A stretch of DNA of 64,000 bases from Lama glama. Taxonomy: Eukaryota. Positions 63,725 to 64,000 of the stretch are shown piece by piece. A program made the position numbers and the translations under genes. The notes beneath the pieces are model-generated. The model was not told the DNA's origin, did no database searches, and was given only the letters and a program-made list of their open reading frames with translations. Each line of letters opens with the position of its first letter. The first letter of the stretch is position 1. The stretch spans positions 52,702,001-52,766,000 of the forward strand of contig CM052817.1 of the NCBI GenBank assembly GCA_028534125.1, written 5' to 3'.

Positions 63725-64000
63725 ATGCAAACAATTTAAAGAAAAAAATTCTATGTTGTTGAATAGTACTGGAAATGACTGGAAGGTTGTCAAAATATTT
63801 TCATATTTTATTTATTTGAATGTAATTGTTATAATCTAAGGTTTGTCTTGAGCTTTATAAACATAGAAATTTGATTTTGTTACAACATAAAATAGAACCT
63901 CATTAACAAAATTCAAAGAAAGAAAGTGTGCATGTGTGAATTTATACATAATTTGAACAGCAAAAATGTGAGTAAAACATATACATTTATCACCTAAGTT

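Noticed and set aside
63083..63839. Longest ORFs in the track (183-236 aa)
   Set aside because: They read through the N gap.

Overview
AT-rich, CpG-poor mammalian genomic DNA that looks intergenic or deep-intronic. I found no credible protein-coding gene, RNA gene or CpG island. The only ORFs with recognisable homology are broken LINE-1 ORF2 fragments. The window is a mosaic of eutherian repeats: L1 of several ages, L2, MIR, MLT1/MLT2, LTR16 with ERVL internal sequence, ERV1-type solo LTRs, MER20, MER5A, MER63 and Tigger-like DNA transposons, plus microsatellites and a 500-N assembly gap. I recognised no Alu, B1/B2, Bov-A/tA, PRE1 or CanSINE. The young L1 3' tails resemble camelid-type tails, so a camel/alpaca-like genome is my inference. 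Repeat family names are recognised from memory of consensus sequences, not from a search, and most repeat boundaries are approximate (tens of bp). The best-supported observations are mechanistic: a multi-layer L2/L1 nest, a tiny twin-primed L1 insertion with a 15-bp TSD, an L1 5'UTR running into the gap, perfect tandem duplications and nested hairpins. I cannot support a new biological system here.
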